Shown: positions 50,417 through 60,527, counted from the stretch's first letter. The stretch is 64,000 bases of DNA from an uncultured Campylobacter sp. (GCA_963530525.1 CAUSEA010000005.1:4269-68268), one strand, 5' to 3'. Notes: generated by a model from the sequence alone, not told the origin. Numbers and translations: made by a program.

Positions 50417-51981
50417 TGCGTAGCGAGGCCGCGGCTTTTTATCGTAACCCATCGGGCGATGTGGTAGCCGATGCTACCAATGGAATGATATGGAGCGCGG
50501 TCGCTATAAACAAACAGATAGAATTTTTGCATAAACAGCTTATTCGCAAAGGGAGAGCTCGCCAGTTTTTTATTGATACTCAAAAATGGGGGCGAGTGTA
50601 TTACATCCCAGATGCCCTTTATACCGAAGGCAGTAGTATTCTCATCGATGGTGGATATAATATTTCAACTGGAGGGGTTCAGCCATATACTAGAGAGGGT
50701 AGAGATAATCTTGGATTATCTCAATTATTTAATAAACAAAAACCTAGCGAGCCATATAGGGGTCCAGATGATGGGCAAATAACTGACAGCTTCTGGATTG
50801 GAAAAACCGATTTTTATCGCTTTCGTATTTCGGCTGGAAAAAGTATTGGGAACATAATAGGACAAACTGGGTTATATCCATCAGTAGATACTTTCGCCTC
50901 CGCCGTTGGGGCCATGCACTATGAGCAGACAACCTCCTATGTTTCGACATATCACACTTTAAATGGGTGGCAAACATCTAGTGCATATATAGCCTTTGCC
51001 GATACGGACAGAGGACTTTTATATTTAGGATATCCGTTTAGGGGAGGAAAAACAGACCCTGATGAATTTTCTGCGTATGCAGCTCCTTTATTTTATGCGG
51101 ATAGCAATAGCCCTATCATGGGGACACGAGAATTTTTAAAGACATGGAACTCCTATCACACCATACTCTATAAAAGCAAAACAAAAATTAATCACTGGAA
51201 AACGCTTCTTTCTGCCGCGCTGATAATAGCGAGTTTTGTTGTTTCTTTTATGGCGATCGCCACATATGCTCCATTAGCAACTGCAACTATAGGCGGAAGC
51301 TCTGCGTTAGGCTTGTCAGGAATTGCTGCTATTGTAGCGACCATAGGCGGAGTCGGTGGATTTATCGCTACAATAGGCTCTCTTTCGGGTAAAAAAAGCT
51401 TAGCTAAATTCGGACGCGTGATGGGTTTTATAGGCGCAATAGGCTCGATCTATCTCTCCGTAAAATCTCTTTTTACCCAATCCGTCGCCGCTCAAAACGC
51501 GAGCACTGCGACAAATCAAGCCGTAGCCGGAGCCAGTGGAGCCAATCAAACCTGCCAGCTCTACAACGGCGTGAGCGTAAGCTCTTGGGCGGGCACAAAC
51601 GCGGGCGCGAGCTCTGCGGTAAATGCGGTACAAGGGGCATCCATCGGTGGATTTGCCGCCGCAGGAGCTACTAGCACGTCACAGCTTTACCTCACTACCG
51701 CACTGAAAGTAGTAGGTATCGGCAGCAAGGCTTTTGCTTTGGTGCAAGATATACGCTCGGAATTTCGCAAACACGGCGACACGCAAGATACCGATATGCA
51801 AGAGCAAAGCGACGACGAAAAAGTAATCAGCGTCAGCGGTGACGCGCAGCAAGATGATGGCGACGTAACGCGTAGATTTTATGAGCGCGACGTAGAATAC
51901 GACATCGGGCTAGAGGGCGGCACGCTAATATCGATCGACGATAGCATATTGGATGAGCCGAATAGCGCAATGAGTTTATAA
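50416..51981 (+). CDS. putative virion/ejection protein with Gly/Ala-rich TM helices
   Basis: Hydrophobic Gly/Ala helices; located before the internal-protein genes. Confidence 0.5.
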   Translation: MRSEAAAFYRNPSGDVVADATNGMIWSAVAINKQIEFLHKQLIRKGRARQFFIDTQKWGRVYYIPDALYTEGSSILIDGGYNISTGGVQPYTREGRDNLGLSQLFNKQKPSEPYRGPDDGQITDSFWIGKTDFYRFRISAGKSIGNIIGQTGLYPSVDTFASAVGAMHYEQTTSYVSTYHTLNGWQTSSAYIAFADTDRGLLYLGYPFRGGKTDPDEFSAYAAPLFYADSNSPIMGTREFLKTWNSYHTILYKSKTKINHWKTLLSAALIIASFVVSFMAIATYAPLATATIGGSSALGLSGIAAIVATIGGVGGFIATIGSLSGKKSLAKFGRVMGFIGAIGSIYLSVKSLFTQSVAAQNASTATNQAVAGASGANQTCQLYNGVSVSSWAGTNAGASSAVNAVQGASIGGFAAAGATSTSQLYLTTALKVVGIGSKAFALVQDIRSEFRKHGDTQDTDMQEQSDDEKVISVSGDAQQDDGDVTRRFYERDVEYDIGLEGGTLISIDDSILDEPNSAMSL

Positions 51982-52006
51982 AAAATAGGAAAGCGGAAGC
52001 TAAATT
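51973..52006 (+). promoter_or_regulatory. phage late promoter motif, copy 3
   Basis: AGTTTATAAAAAATAGGA-N10-TAAATT. Confidence 0.6.
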
Positions 52007-52040
52007 TGAACAAAAAACTATATTAATGAAAGGATTGAAA

Positions 52041-52274
52041 ATGTGGGATTGGCTAAAATCGGCGGGCGGATTTTTTAAAAATAATTCGGATTTACTAAGC
52101 GGGTTAGGGACAATCGCAAGCGGCGTCGGGAATGCATATAGCGCGTACTCCGCGAATAAGCTTGCGAAAAAAACCTATGATTTGAATGCCGATATTCTAA
52201 GGGAAGAGCAAAAGCGTAGAAGACAACAACAGGAAAATTTAGATCGCGGTTGGGCGAATTCGACAATGGCGTAA
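52041..52274 (+). CDS. small ejection/internal virion protein
   Basis: Gly/Ala-rich helix plus Gln-rich coil; AAGGA RBS. Confidence 0.55.
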   Translation: MWDWLKSAGGFFKNNSDLLSGLGTIASGVGNAYSAYSANKLAKKTYDLNADILREEQKRRRQQQENLDRGWANSTMA

Positions 52275-52293
52275 CGCACAAAAGGAGAAAGCG

Positions 52294-53169
52294 ATGGGAA
52301 GTTGGTTTGACATAAGATATTTAAGAGAACCGCGTGGCGATACGGCCTCTGGAGTGGGGCAGGGGGTCGCCGCGATCGGCGATAGCCTAAGCAAGCTCGG
52401 CGAGCTAGGACGCGCCAGAGAGAAGTTCGATTCAGACCTTGCGCGTCAAGCGCGAGAGGAAAAGATGGACGCGGATAAATTCAACTACCAAAGATTTAAA
52501 GACGAGCGAGGCTACGAGCTTGATAGAAAGAAGCTCGATCACGCGATCCTCAACGACGATCGAGATTTTGATCTGAGTCGGAGGAAATTTGACAGAAGCG
52601 TCTTTGAAAACGATCGCACTTACGGACTTGCCGCCGCTCGTTTCAACGCAGAGCTCACCGAACAGGGGCAAAAGCGCGCCGAGAAGCGAGCCGAAGCCGC
52701 GGCAAAGGCGCAGCAGACGGCAGACAATGTAGCGTATCTACGCAAGCTATACCCGAAAGAAAGCGCGGGCTATACCGACGAGGAACTCGCAAAATGGGGA
52801 AATAATCTCGAGAAAAACTTTAAAGAGGACAAGGTAGATATTTTCAAGAAAAATATCCCGGTGGATTCCAAATTCGTCGAGCAATACGGCGACAGCGGGC
52901 ACGTAACTTGGGATGACAAAGGAAACTATTATACAGATCCTTGGCTGATGGAAAAGGTAAATATCGATAAGCAGCGCGAGGCTCGCCAAATGGATGAGCT
53001 CGGCGATCCGCAAAACCGCCGCGACAATATCAAGGCGCTGATGAATCAAGGGGTAACCCTTACAGACGCAAAGGCGAAAGTGGACGGCGCGATCGAGTGG
53101 AAAAAGAAAAATCCGAACGCTAAATTTAGCTCAGCGCTTGATAGCGATTTGGACGACGGAGCGAACTGA
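52294..53169 (+). CDS. putative ejection protein
   Basis: Charged helical repeats (DRDFDL.R.KFD); precedes the giant gene. Confidence 0.55.
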   Translation: MGSWFDIRYLREPRGDTASGVGQGVAAIGDSLSKLGELGRAREKFDSDLARQAREEKMDADKFNYQRFKDERGYELDRKKLDHAILNDDRDFDLSRRKFDRSVFENDRTYGLAAARFNAELTEQGQKRAEKRAEAAAKAQQTADNVAYLRKLYPKESAGYTDEELAKWGNNLEKNFKEDKVDIFKKNIPVDSKFVEQYGDSGHVTWDDKGNYYTDPWLMEKVNIDKQREARQMDELGDPQNRRDNIKALMNQGVTLTDAKAKVDGAIEWKKKNPNAKFSSALDSDLDDGAN

Positions 53170-56100
53170 TGACTGCAAGAGATTTTTTGGGCAACGAGCG
53201 GATCGCCGAGCTTGAAAGCAAGGGCTACAGCCCCGAATATATCAAAGCTCTTGCAAAGGAACAATACGAGGCGAAAAAGAAAGAGCTTGCGGACAGCGGA
53301 GTGAGAGAGGACATCGCAAAGATGGCGATCGCCCAGAAGCTCGACGCGGATAATGCCAAAAAGCTCAACGACGAGGCAACGGCGAGCGCGTCGGATAGGT
53401 TTTTTAGAAACGCTTTTGATACCAGCGCCGACGAAAAAGCGGTAGATGATGCGGATCAGAGGTGGCGAGAACTCAACCCCGATAAGATCGACATCGCAAG
53501 CCGCGCCGGACGGTTAGTAAACAGGCTCAACCCCCTAACTCTAGGCCCTAAAATCATGGATAAAGCGGCGGATATAAAGCAAAACGGACTTGCCGCCGAC
53601 AGCCTTGACAAGGACTTTGCGTTTTTCGCGGGAGCCGGCAAGCTCCCAAATCAATTCGGCCGCGCCGTAAATACCGCGGGCGAATGGGTGTCGGACAAGG
53701 TGGGAGCCGAGGGTGCGAAGCAGTTTTTTGGGGAAAACCGCAAATTTTTCGACGATAACGTAAAGGAGCTTGATAAGATCATCGCCGAAAACAACAAAGA
53801 GTGGGGAATGCTCGGCGAAGCGCTGATTGATCCTTTAAACGTCGCGCCGGCGGGGATATTCACCAAGGGCGCCAAGATCGCAAATATCGCAAAAAGCGCG
53901 GGCACGGGCTTCGCCCTGGGCGTAGGAATGAACGAGCTAAGAAACGCGGGGGATGATCGCCCACTAGAACAGCACGTCAAAGACGATTTACTCGGCGGTC
54001 TGGTGATGGGCGGAGCGAACGCGCTTTTTAGCGCCCTTTCGCGCGGCAAAGTAAATAACGTCTCAAACCTCGCGGAGGATCTGCGCGGCACGTCAAAAGC
54101 CGCAGACGCAGGGCAAAGAGCCGCAGACGGCGCGGAGAGTGCCGCAAAAGCGGCGGATGACGCAGCGGCGCTCGATGACGCTCTGGACGGGCTGGGAGGC
54201 ACGCAAAAAGAGGGCGTAGGCTCCGCCCCGCAAGGTGCAAAAGCAAGCGATGCAGCGCAAGGTGCCCAAGAAGCAAAAGTAGGCGAGCTCGCGAAAACGA
54301 ATGCGAGCGACGCGGCAGGGGGCGAGCAGAGCGCGGCTCGTGCGGCGGATGATGCGGCGGCGCAGACAAACGCGGCTTCCGCCCCGCAGGGCGCGCAGGA
54401 GATCAAAGTCGCAGACGGGACGCAGGAGATCAAATCGTCCCCGTCCCTTGCGGCGCAGGGCGCGCAGAATGCCGAAGCCGCGAGCGGGGCGCAATCAAAT
54501 CTTGAGCCTCGCGAGCAACTAAAGCAGTATCTCAAAACCCAAAACGTCGCGGATGATGCCGCAGATAAAATTTTGGGCGAGCTTGACCGCGGTGCGAGCC
54601 GCTCGGCGCATTTGAGCGAGGATGTATTCAAAAAGGTGGATGAGCTTTATGAGCGCGCAAACCGCCTTGGGTGGGCTAGAGAGTATCAAAGACACGTCGC
54701 CGATCGCGTGAGCGAGCTAGCTCAGATGAGGGCGGACGGCATAGAGCGCTTTGCGGCTATGCAAAGAGAAGCGGAAAGGATAGCAAAGGAAAATCCTACC
54801 CTTTCAGCTCTTGCACAAAGAGAACTTCTAAACTCGCGCATAAAACCTACGGAGGCGGAGCTTCGATATACCCGCGCCTATAACGACGGCGCGGACGTCG
54901 ATCCGATCTACGCCGGGCAAAATTTCATTTGGCGGGTGGAAAACGACATCAAAGCTCACCCCTACACCACCGAGCAATACGGCGCGCGCTTGGCGAGCAA
55001 AGGCTTTGCTCCCGACGTGCAGGCTGCGGCGATGCAGGCATACGACGACGGAAACATAAAATTTCTAAAAGATTATATCGACGCTAAAGTCGCAAAAGCC
55101 GAATACGACGACATCGTAAACAATCAAATGAAAGATTGGATCATTAAAGATGGCAAGATAAGGAGAGCACAAAATGGCAAAGCAAACGCAGGAGGCGCGG
55201 TGGAGCGCGGAGCCGACGCAAACGGCGCAGGCGCTGGCGGAAAAAATGAGCGAGTATCAAAGGGCGTTTCTGATCTCGGCGATACTCCAAGCCGAGCGGA
55301 GCGGGGACCGGGAGGCGATGCGCAAGTATCATCGCAGCGCGGATCTGCTGCTATACTCGGCGGCGAGGATGCAAAAAATGCCGCGGGCGATGAGCTCGTG
55401 GGACGATACGGGGCCGCTTCAGGCGATAGCGCAGCTGATGCCGCAGCTTCAAAGCAGCGAGTGGTTTCAGCACAAGATGCGGCAGATCAAAGCGGCGCAG
55501 CGCTAAAAAGCGAGGCGCGCAGCGGCGATCTTGCGGCAAAAGAGGGTGCAGGCTCCGCCAAGCAAGGCGCAAAGCTTGACGAGGATATGAAAAAGGGCTT
55601 CGTAAACGTCAATCTTACCTCTCATCTTGCGGGAGGGCTTAGCGGCGGCATGCTTAACGCTACCGACGAGGAGGGTAAATTTAGCCCCGAGAGATTTGCA
55701 GCGGGCTTCATCGGCGGCTTAGGCGGCGTCGCGGTGATCCGAAAGGGCTTTCGCGCAAGTATGAAAGCCTACGCCGCAAAGCAGGCAAAAGCCTATCCAA
55801 CGCTTGCAAACGATCGAGCTGATCTTTTCGCGCAGGCTCTAGGCGACGAGATCAAATCTCGCGCCAAAACGACGCTTTTTAATGCCGCAGAATTTGCTAA
55901 GACCAAAGTCGCAAACAAGACGGGGCTTGATTTCGAGCCTCAAATTTTCGCGGGAGAGAAAGCCTACGCCGAGCTGAAATATGCCCCCGTGCGGGCGGAT
56001 AAGCTAAGCAAAGCGCAGGCTATGGCGAAAGAGGGAAAAAATGAGTTAGAAATATGGCGAGATACGGGCTGGTTTCGGGACAAAGACGGCGCTTGGAAAT

Positions 56101-59100
56101 TTGAGATCGGCGACGCCGACGCGAAACTAAATCCTAAATTTCAAAGCGGCGGCAAGCTCGGGGATCTGCTAAAGCACGATGAGCTGTTTAAGGCTTATCC
56201 CGAGTTAAAGGACGTAAAGGTCGTAAAGATGCAAAGCGACGCTCCGTCCAGCGCGATGCTTGCAAAGGATGCGGGGCAAAAAGAAAAGCGCGGCATCTAT
56301 AACGTGACCTACAATAATAAAATAGCAACCTACGTAAAGCAAGACTTAGATCAAATAGAGGGAGCTTTAAGATATGCGAGGGGCGATAGAAGCGAAGGGG
56401 CAAAGCATATAAAAATAAGACACCTTAACAATGAGGGCAGCGAAGGATATGTAAGCAAAAAAGAGCTTTTAGATTTAGGCGAGAGTATGCGTAAGTATTT
56501 AGCAAAATATAAAGAGCCCTTTATAAACGAACGCAATGCTAGAGTTTATGAATGGCAAGATGACAAAGGGGTGAGATTTAGGCTTGTAGCAAGTAACAAG
56601 TCCGCAGGGACGCCTTACACGGCCGAATTACCTCGACCTGCGGACTTTGAGGACATTATAACCTTTTACTCTGACAGAAACCTTAAAAAGCCCATGGAAT
56701 TTGAAAACCCAAAGGTCAGATATGACGCAAATTTGCAAAATTGGCACGAGCACAGCGCGCCTATCACCAAGAACGCGGACGGAAGCCCGAAAGTGTTTTA
56801 TCACGGCAGCTCTGCAAAGGATATTACGGAGTTTAAAGGCGAGTTTGATAAGAGCGGATATGGGTTTTGGTTTTCGCAGGAAAAAGAGATCGCGAATGAA
56901 TTTAAAGAACACGGCAAAATTTATAAAGTCTATCTAAAATCAAGCAATCCTATCGATCTATCTTTTCCATACAGCGCAAAAGCGCAAAAGCTTCTGGACG
57001 AAGCCGAAGCCAAAGGGATAAACACCGAGCTCTACCCCGATAAACAAAGCGACGGCTTTAAAAAATTTTTGAAGTCGAAAGGCTATGACGGCATAGTTAT
57101 GCAAGACATCGACGGAGTGGATGCGAAGCCGTATCTTATCGTCTTTGACAGCAATCAGATCAAGCATGTCAAAAATAGCGGCGATTTTAGCGCAAGCCCG
57201 AATATCTATCAAAGCGGCGAGGCGGGGTATTTCGATCCCCAGAGTAACACGATCGCCCTTAAAAATTTAAAAGACAGATCCACGCTGATGCACGAGATCC
57301 AACACTGGGTGCAGAGCAAAGAGGGCTTTGCAACGGGCGGCACGGGCGGCGATGCGAACTACGCGAAGCTGCACGGCGAAGCGGAGGCTAGAAACGTGCA
57401 GACGCGCCTAGGCTTGGACGATGCCGCAAGAGCACAAAAAGACCCGCTAAGCACCTTTGACGTTAGCCCGGACGATACGATCGTTTTGCGAGACGGCGGC
57501 GTGAATGCAAACGAGGAGCCGCTTAAGTTCAAAGCAAGCGAGATCGAAAATATAGGAGGCGAGATCAAAAAGCGCCGCCCAAACATCGAGCAGGAGGTAG
57601 AGCAGAGCGTAGAGCAAATTTACAAGGACAGCTACAAAAATCACGACACCGCAGGCGAGGTTCTCGAAGCCATAAGGACGGGCAATTTCGACGCGCTCTC
57701 GCAAGGGGTGCAAACGAACCTTTCCGAAAGCCAACTCGCGCGGCTCAAAAAGGACATCGCGGGTGCTAAGCTAACCCACATCAGCCGCGACGGCTTCACA
57801 TTCAAAAAGCGCGGCAAAAACGGCGACGAGCAGATGATATTCATCGATATGGACGAGAGCGGCAAGGCGCGCATTAACGCGTATTCAAAGGCTCATATTG
57901 ATGAGAGTATCCGCGCAAATGAAACGATGTTCGATCACCTCTTCGGCGGCGATGAGGCGCTGAAAAATTATAGCTTTGAGACCAAGGCTAAATTTCTGAA
58001 CGAAAAAGACCCGATCAAGGCGGAGCAGATTCTTAAAAAAGCCGATCAAAGGCGCTTTGCGGCGCAGATCGCTAACAAAAGCAAGCAGGAGCAGGAAAAG
58101 CTTCAGGCGGAGTATGCTCGCGCGGCGCGGCAAGCCGATCCTTTCAACCCCGATATGCCTACGATGAACGATCTGCTGGGTAAGACGGACGCGCTTTTGG
58201 GACCATACGGCGGCGCGGACGGCAAGTGGGCGCAGTTTGTCGATACCCTTTGGCGCAAGGGGATCAACAAGTATGAAAACGCGGTAGATCGCATCTTCGA
58301 GGGCGAAAATACCCCCGCTTGGGTGAAAAAGGGGATGGGCGTCCTCGATCTGCGAAACGCGGCAAAGCGGCAGATAGACGGAGCGATCGAGAGCTTTTTC
58401 CGCGAGAGCGCGGCTATTAATGCGCAGGCTCGCACTGCGGCGAAGTATCTCGACAAATTTGACGCCGCTCAAAGTGAGCAGCTATTTAACGCTCTGGATG
58501 GAAAGATAGCTAAAGCTGATCTGCCGCAGGAGCTGCAAGCGACCTATCAAAAGCTGCGCGACGCGATCGATCATAACGCAAACGAGCTCATCAAGGCAGG
58601 CGCGCTGAAGCAGGAGAACAAGCTAACTGATTACATCGGACACTACTACGACGAGTATATGCAAAAAGAGCGAGGCAAAATAAGCAGGACGTTTGATAAA
58701 TTTTTCGCCCGTAAAGACCTGAGCGAGGCGCAAAAAAGAGCTCTAGGGCTTCGCACGGACATCAGCTTCGTAGTCGCAAATACTCTCGCAAAGCAGCGCA
58801 CGCAGCTTCTCAAAGCCCGCGCGCTTGAGGGTATAGCAAACCGCTTCGGGCTCGATGAGATCCCTGCCGCCGCAAAGCAGGGACAATACGTGCGGATCAG
58901 CGACGAAACCGTCGGAGGAGGCATAAAGAAATTCGGCGCGCTCGGGGGCAAATATGTCCCAAAAGAGGTGGCGGAAGCTCTGAAAAGCACGCAGGCTCTG
59001 GGCGGACAGCTCGGCGCGCTTGAGAAATACTGGCAGCCTCTGATCGATCATATAAAGGTGAACGTGACGGTCAAGAACCCGTTTACGCACGTTTATAACG

Positions 59101-60527
59101 TCGCGAGCAATGCCGTGCTGGCGTTTTTGCACGGCGACGAAAAGGCTCTTGCGAGCTGGGCGCTTTTAGGACGGCAGCAGCGGCAGGAGTATTGGAAGCT
59201 CGCGCGCCGCTTGGGACTGGATAGCGCTATGGACGATCTGGAGGGAGCGATCAAGGGGCTAAAGCCTAAAAATGATAGCGAGGCTTTCGGCATCGTCGGC
59301 AAGGCTATGGACTTTCTAAGCACCGCGGGCAAAAATATCTACATGAGCGAGGGTTCGGCGCTGGGTAGGGCGGCCAGAAAAGCCTACGCTTGGGAGGATG
59401 AAATTTTTAAGATCGCGCGATTTAAGAAAAATCTTGATGCGATCGCCGCAAAACGCGGATATGCTGCGGGGGACCTCTCTAAATTTAGCGAAAAGGAGCT
59501 TGCAGCGGCGATGAGCGACGCGCAGTATCACTACGTCGATTATAGCACCCATTTCAACGGCTTTTTGCGGAAGAGCGACAAGTGGGGACTGATGCCGTTT
59601 TTGCACTACTCCGTCAAATCGACGCCGATGGTGATCAAGGCGATACTCAAAAACCCGCATCGTTTCGCGATGATGCAGGCGGCCTTTATCGCCGCGGACG
59701 CCGCGGGGCTGTCGCTAAGCTCGATTATCGCAGATACAGAAAAGGAAAATCTAACCAAGCCGAAATGGGCGCAAAGCTCGAAATTCCCTAACGTTTTCGG
59801 ACTCAAAGCGTGGGCGAGGATAGGGGATAGCGATACATATTTCAACGCGGGACGTGCCGCGCCCGGCTTTCGTTTCGACGACGTTTTTGAGGGCGGCTGG
59901 GGCTTCGTGGGCGGGCTAGTCAATATCGCAAGCGGCAAATCGACGCTGGGCTACAACATCACCTCCGAGGACGATCCAAAGGCCGTGAAAGTCGCCAAAA
60001 GCGTCAAAGAAGCCGCGAAAAACTACCTACCTACGCTTACGATCGGCAGATACGGGCAGCAGCTCGGCGAGCAGGCTCTTTCAGATATCACGGGCGATAA
60101 AGATTTCGCGCCTAAAGACTACAACAAAGACGAGCTCGGATACGCGGGCATCCTGAAGCGAGGCGTGGGCGCGCGCCGCTTCAATCAGCAAAAGGAGCTC
60201 AACGCCGAACTCGGCAAGCTACGTAAGCAGCGCGAGGAGCTCGAATATGTTAAGGTGCCCGATAGCAAGGACGCCGACAAGGTAGAAAAGGCGGTCAAGC
60301 ACAATGAAAAACTCGAAAAGATGAGTGCTTCGGAGAAAGCCGAAAAGCAGAAGCAGATCGATCACAAGCTTGAAATTTTCAAAGAGGTGGCGGACGCTGA
60401 GGGGTTTGCTTTCGACGTGCAGAGCCTCAAGCGGCTACGCGACGAGAAAAAGCAGCGCAAATTCGCGCCCAAGAAATTCGATCCCGCGCTAATCTCCCGC
60501 CCGCAGATCGGGAAGTTTTCGCAATAG
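53169..60527 (+). CDS. large polyvalent (injected) protein: LPD23-like, BECR nuclease-like, ART-like and zincin HExxH domains
   Basis: IWRDTGWFRDKDGAWKFEI, GAKHIKIRH...IITFYSDRN, DGSPKVFYHGS...GYDGI..FDSNQIK and TLMHEIQHWVQ motifs. Confidence 0.8.
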   Translation: MTARDFLGNERIAELESKGYSPEYIKALAKEQYEAKKKELADSGVREDIAKMAIAQKLDADNAKKLNDEATASASDRFFRNAFDTSADEKAVDDADQRWRELNPDKIDIASRAGRLVNRLNPLTLGPKIMDKAADIKQNGLAADSLDKDFAFFAGAGKLPNQFGRAVNTAGEWVSDKVGAEGAKQFFGENRKFFDDNVKELDKIIAENNKEWGMLGEALIDPLNVAPAGIFTKGAKIANIAKSAGTGFALGVGMNELRNAGDDRPLEQHVKDDLLGGLVMGGANALFSALSRGKVNNVSNLAEDLRGTSKAADAGQRAADGAESAAKAADDAAALDDALDGLGGTQKEGVGSAPQGAKASDAAQGAQEAKVGELAKTNASDAAGGEQSAARAADDAAAQTNAASAPQGAQEIKVADGTQEIKSSPSLAAQGAQNAEAASGAQSNLEPREQLKQYLKTQNVADDAADKILGELDRGASRSAHLSEDVFKKVDELYERANRLGWAREYQRHVADRVSELAQMRADGIERFAAMQREAERIAKENPTLSALAQRELLNSRIKPTEAELRYTRAYNDGADVDPIYAGQNFIWRVENDIKAHPYTTEQYGARLASKGFAPDVQAAAMQAYDDGNIKFLKDYIDAKVAKAEYDDIVNNQMKDWIIKDGKIRRAQNGKANAGGAVERGADANGAGAGGKNERVSKGVSDLGDTPSRAERGPGGDAQVSSQRGSAAILGGEDAKNAAGDELVGRYGAASGDSAADAAASKQRVVSAQDAADQSGAALKSEARSGDLAAKEGAGSAKQGAKLDEDMKKGFVNVNLTSHLAGGLSGGMLNATDEEGKFSPERFAAGFIGGLGGVAVIRKGFRASMKAYAAKQAKAYPTLANDRADLFAQALGDEIKSRAKTTLFNAAEFAKTKVANKTGLDFEPQIFAGEKAYAELKYAPVRADKLSKAQAMAKEGKNELEIWRDTGWFRDKDGAWKFEIGDADAKLNPKFQSGGKLGDLLKHDELFKAYPELKDVKVVKMQSDAPSSAMLAKDAGQKEKRGIYNVTYNNKIATYVKQDLDQIEGALRYARGDRSEGAKHIKIRHLNNEGSEGYVSKKELLDLGESMRKYLAKYKEPFINERNARVYEWQDDKGVRFRLVASNKSAGTPYTAELPRPADFEDIITFYSDRNLKKPMEFENPKVRYDANLQNWHEHSAPITKNADGSPKVFYHGSSAKDITEFKGEFDKSGYGFWFSQEKEIANEFKEHGKIYKVYLKSSNPIDLSFPYSAKAQKLLDEAEAKGINTELYPDKQSDGFKKFLKSKGYDGIVMQDIDGVDAKPYLIVFDSNQIKHVKNSGDFSASPNIYQSGEAGYFDPQSNTIALKNLKDRSTLMHEIQHWVQSKEGFATGGTGGDANYAKLHGEAEARNVQTRLGLDDAARAQKDPLSTFDVSPDDTIVLRDGGVNANEEPLKFKASEIENIGGEIKKRRPNIEQEVEQSVEQIYKDSYKNHDTAGEVLEAIRTGNFDALSQGVQTNLSESQLARLKKDIAGAKLTHISRDGFTFKKRGKNGDEQMIFIDMDESGKARINAYSKAHIDESIRANETMFDHLFGGDEALKNYSFETKAKFLNEKDPIKAEQILKKADQRRFAAQIANKSKQEQEKLQAEYARAARQADPFNPDMPTMNDLLGKTDALLGPYGGADGKWAQFVDTLWRKGINKYENAVDRIFEGENTPAWVKKGMGVLDLRNAAKRQIDGAIESFFRESAAINAQARTAAKYLDKFDAAQSEQLFNALDGKIAKADLPQELQATYQKLRDAIDHNANELIKAGALKQENKLTDYIGHYYDEYMQKERGKISRTFDKFFARKDLSEAQKRALGLRTDISFVVANTLAKQRTQLLKARALEGIANRFGLDEIPAAAKQGQYVRISDETVGGGIKKFGALGGKYVPKEVAEALKSTQALGGQLGALEKYWQPLIDHIKVNVTVKNPFTHVYNVASNAVLAFLHGDEKALASWALLGRQQRQEYWKLARRLGLDSAMDDLEGAIKGLKPKNDSEAFGIVGKAMDFLSTAGKNIYMSEGSALGRAARKAYAWEDEIFKIARFKKNLDAIAAKRGYAAGDLSKFSEKELAAAMSDAQYHYVDYSTHFNGFLRKSDKWGLMPFLHYSVKSTPMVIKAILKNPHRFAMMQAAFIAADAAGLSLSSIIADTEKENLTKPKWAQSSKFPNVFGLKAWARIGDSDTYFNAGRAAPGFRFDDVFEGGWGFVGGLVNIASGKSTLGYNITSEDDPKAVKVAKSVKEAAKNYLPTLTIGRYGQQLGEQALSDITGDKDFAPKDYNKDELGYAGILKRGVGARRFNQQKELNAELGKLRKQREELEYVKVPDSKDADKVEKAVKHNEKLEKMSASEKAEKQKQIDHKLEIFKEVADAEGFAFDVQSLKRLRDEKKQRKFAPKKFDPALISRPQIGKFSQ
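55174..55506 (+). CDS. candidate nested +1-frame gene (110 aa) inside the polyvalent gene
   Basis: AAGGAG 8 nt before the ATG; protein-like helical composition while the host frame is disordered. Confidence 0.6.
   Translation: MAKQTQEARWSAEPTQTAQALAEKMSEYQRAFLISAILQAERSGDREAMRKYHRSADLLLYSAARMQKMPRAMSSWDDTGPLQAIAQLMPQLQSSEWFQHKMRQIKAAQR
56596..56648 (-). ncRNA. candidate antisense small RNA inside the BECR-like domain
   Basis: Minus-strand GTTATAAT at 56662-56655; perfect 11-bp stem 56598-56608/56637-56647. Confidence 0.5.

Noticed and set aside
54301..54522. Second nested +1 ORF in the polyvalent gene
   Set aside because: No RBS; Arg-rich by-product of GCG/GAC codons in an Ala-rich linker.
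53651..54631. 326-aa antisense ORF
   Set aside because: Ala/Ser-rich shadow of the GC-rich sense frame; no RBS or motifs.
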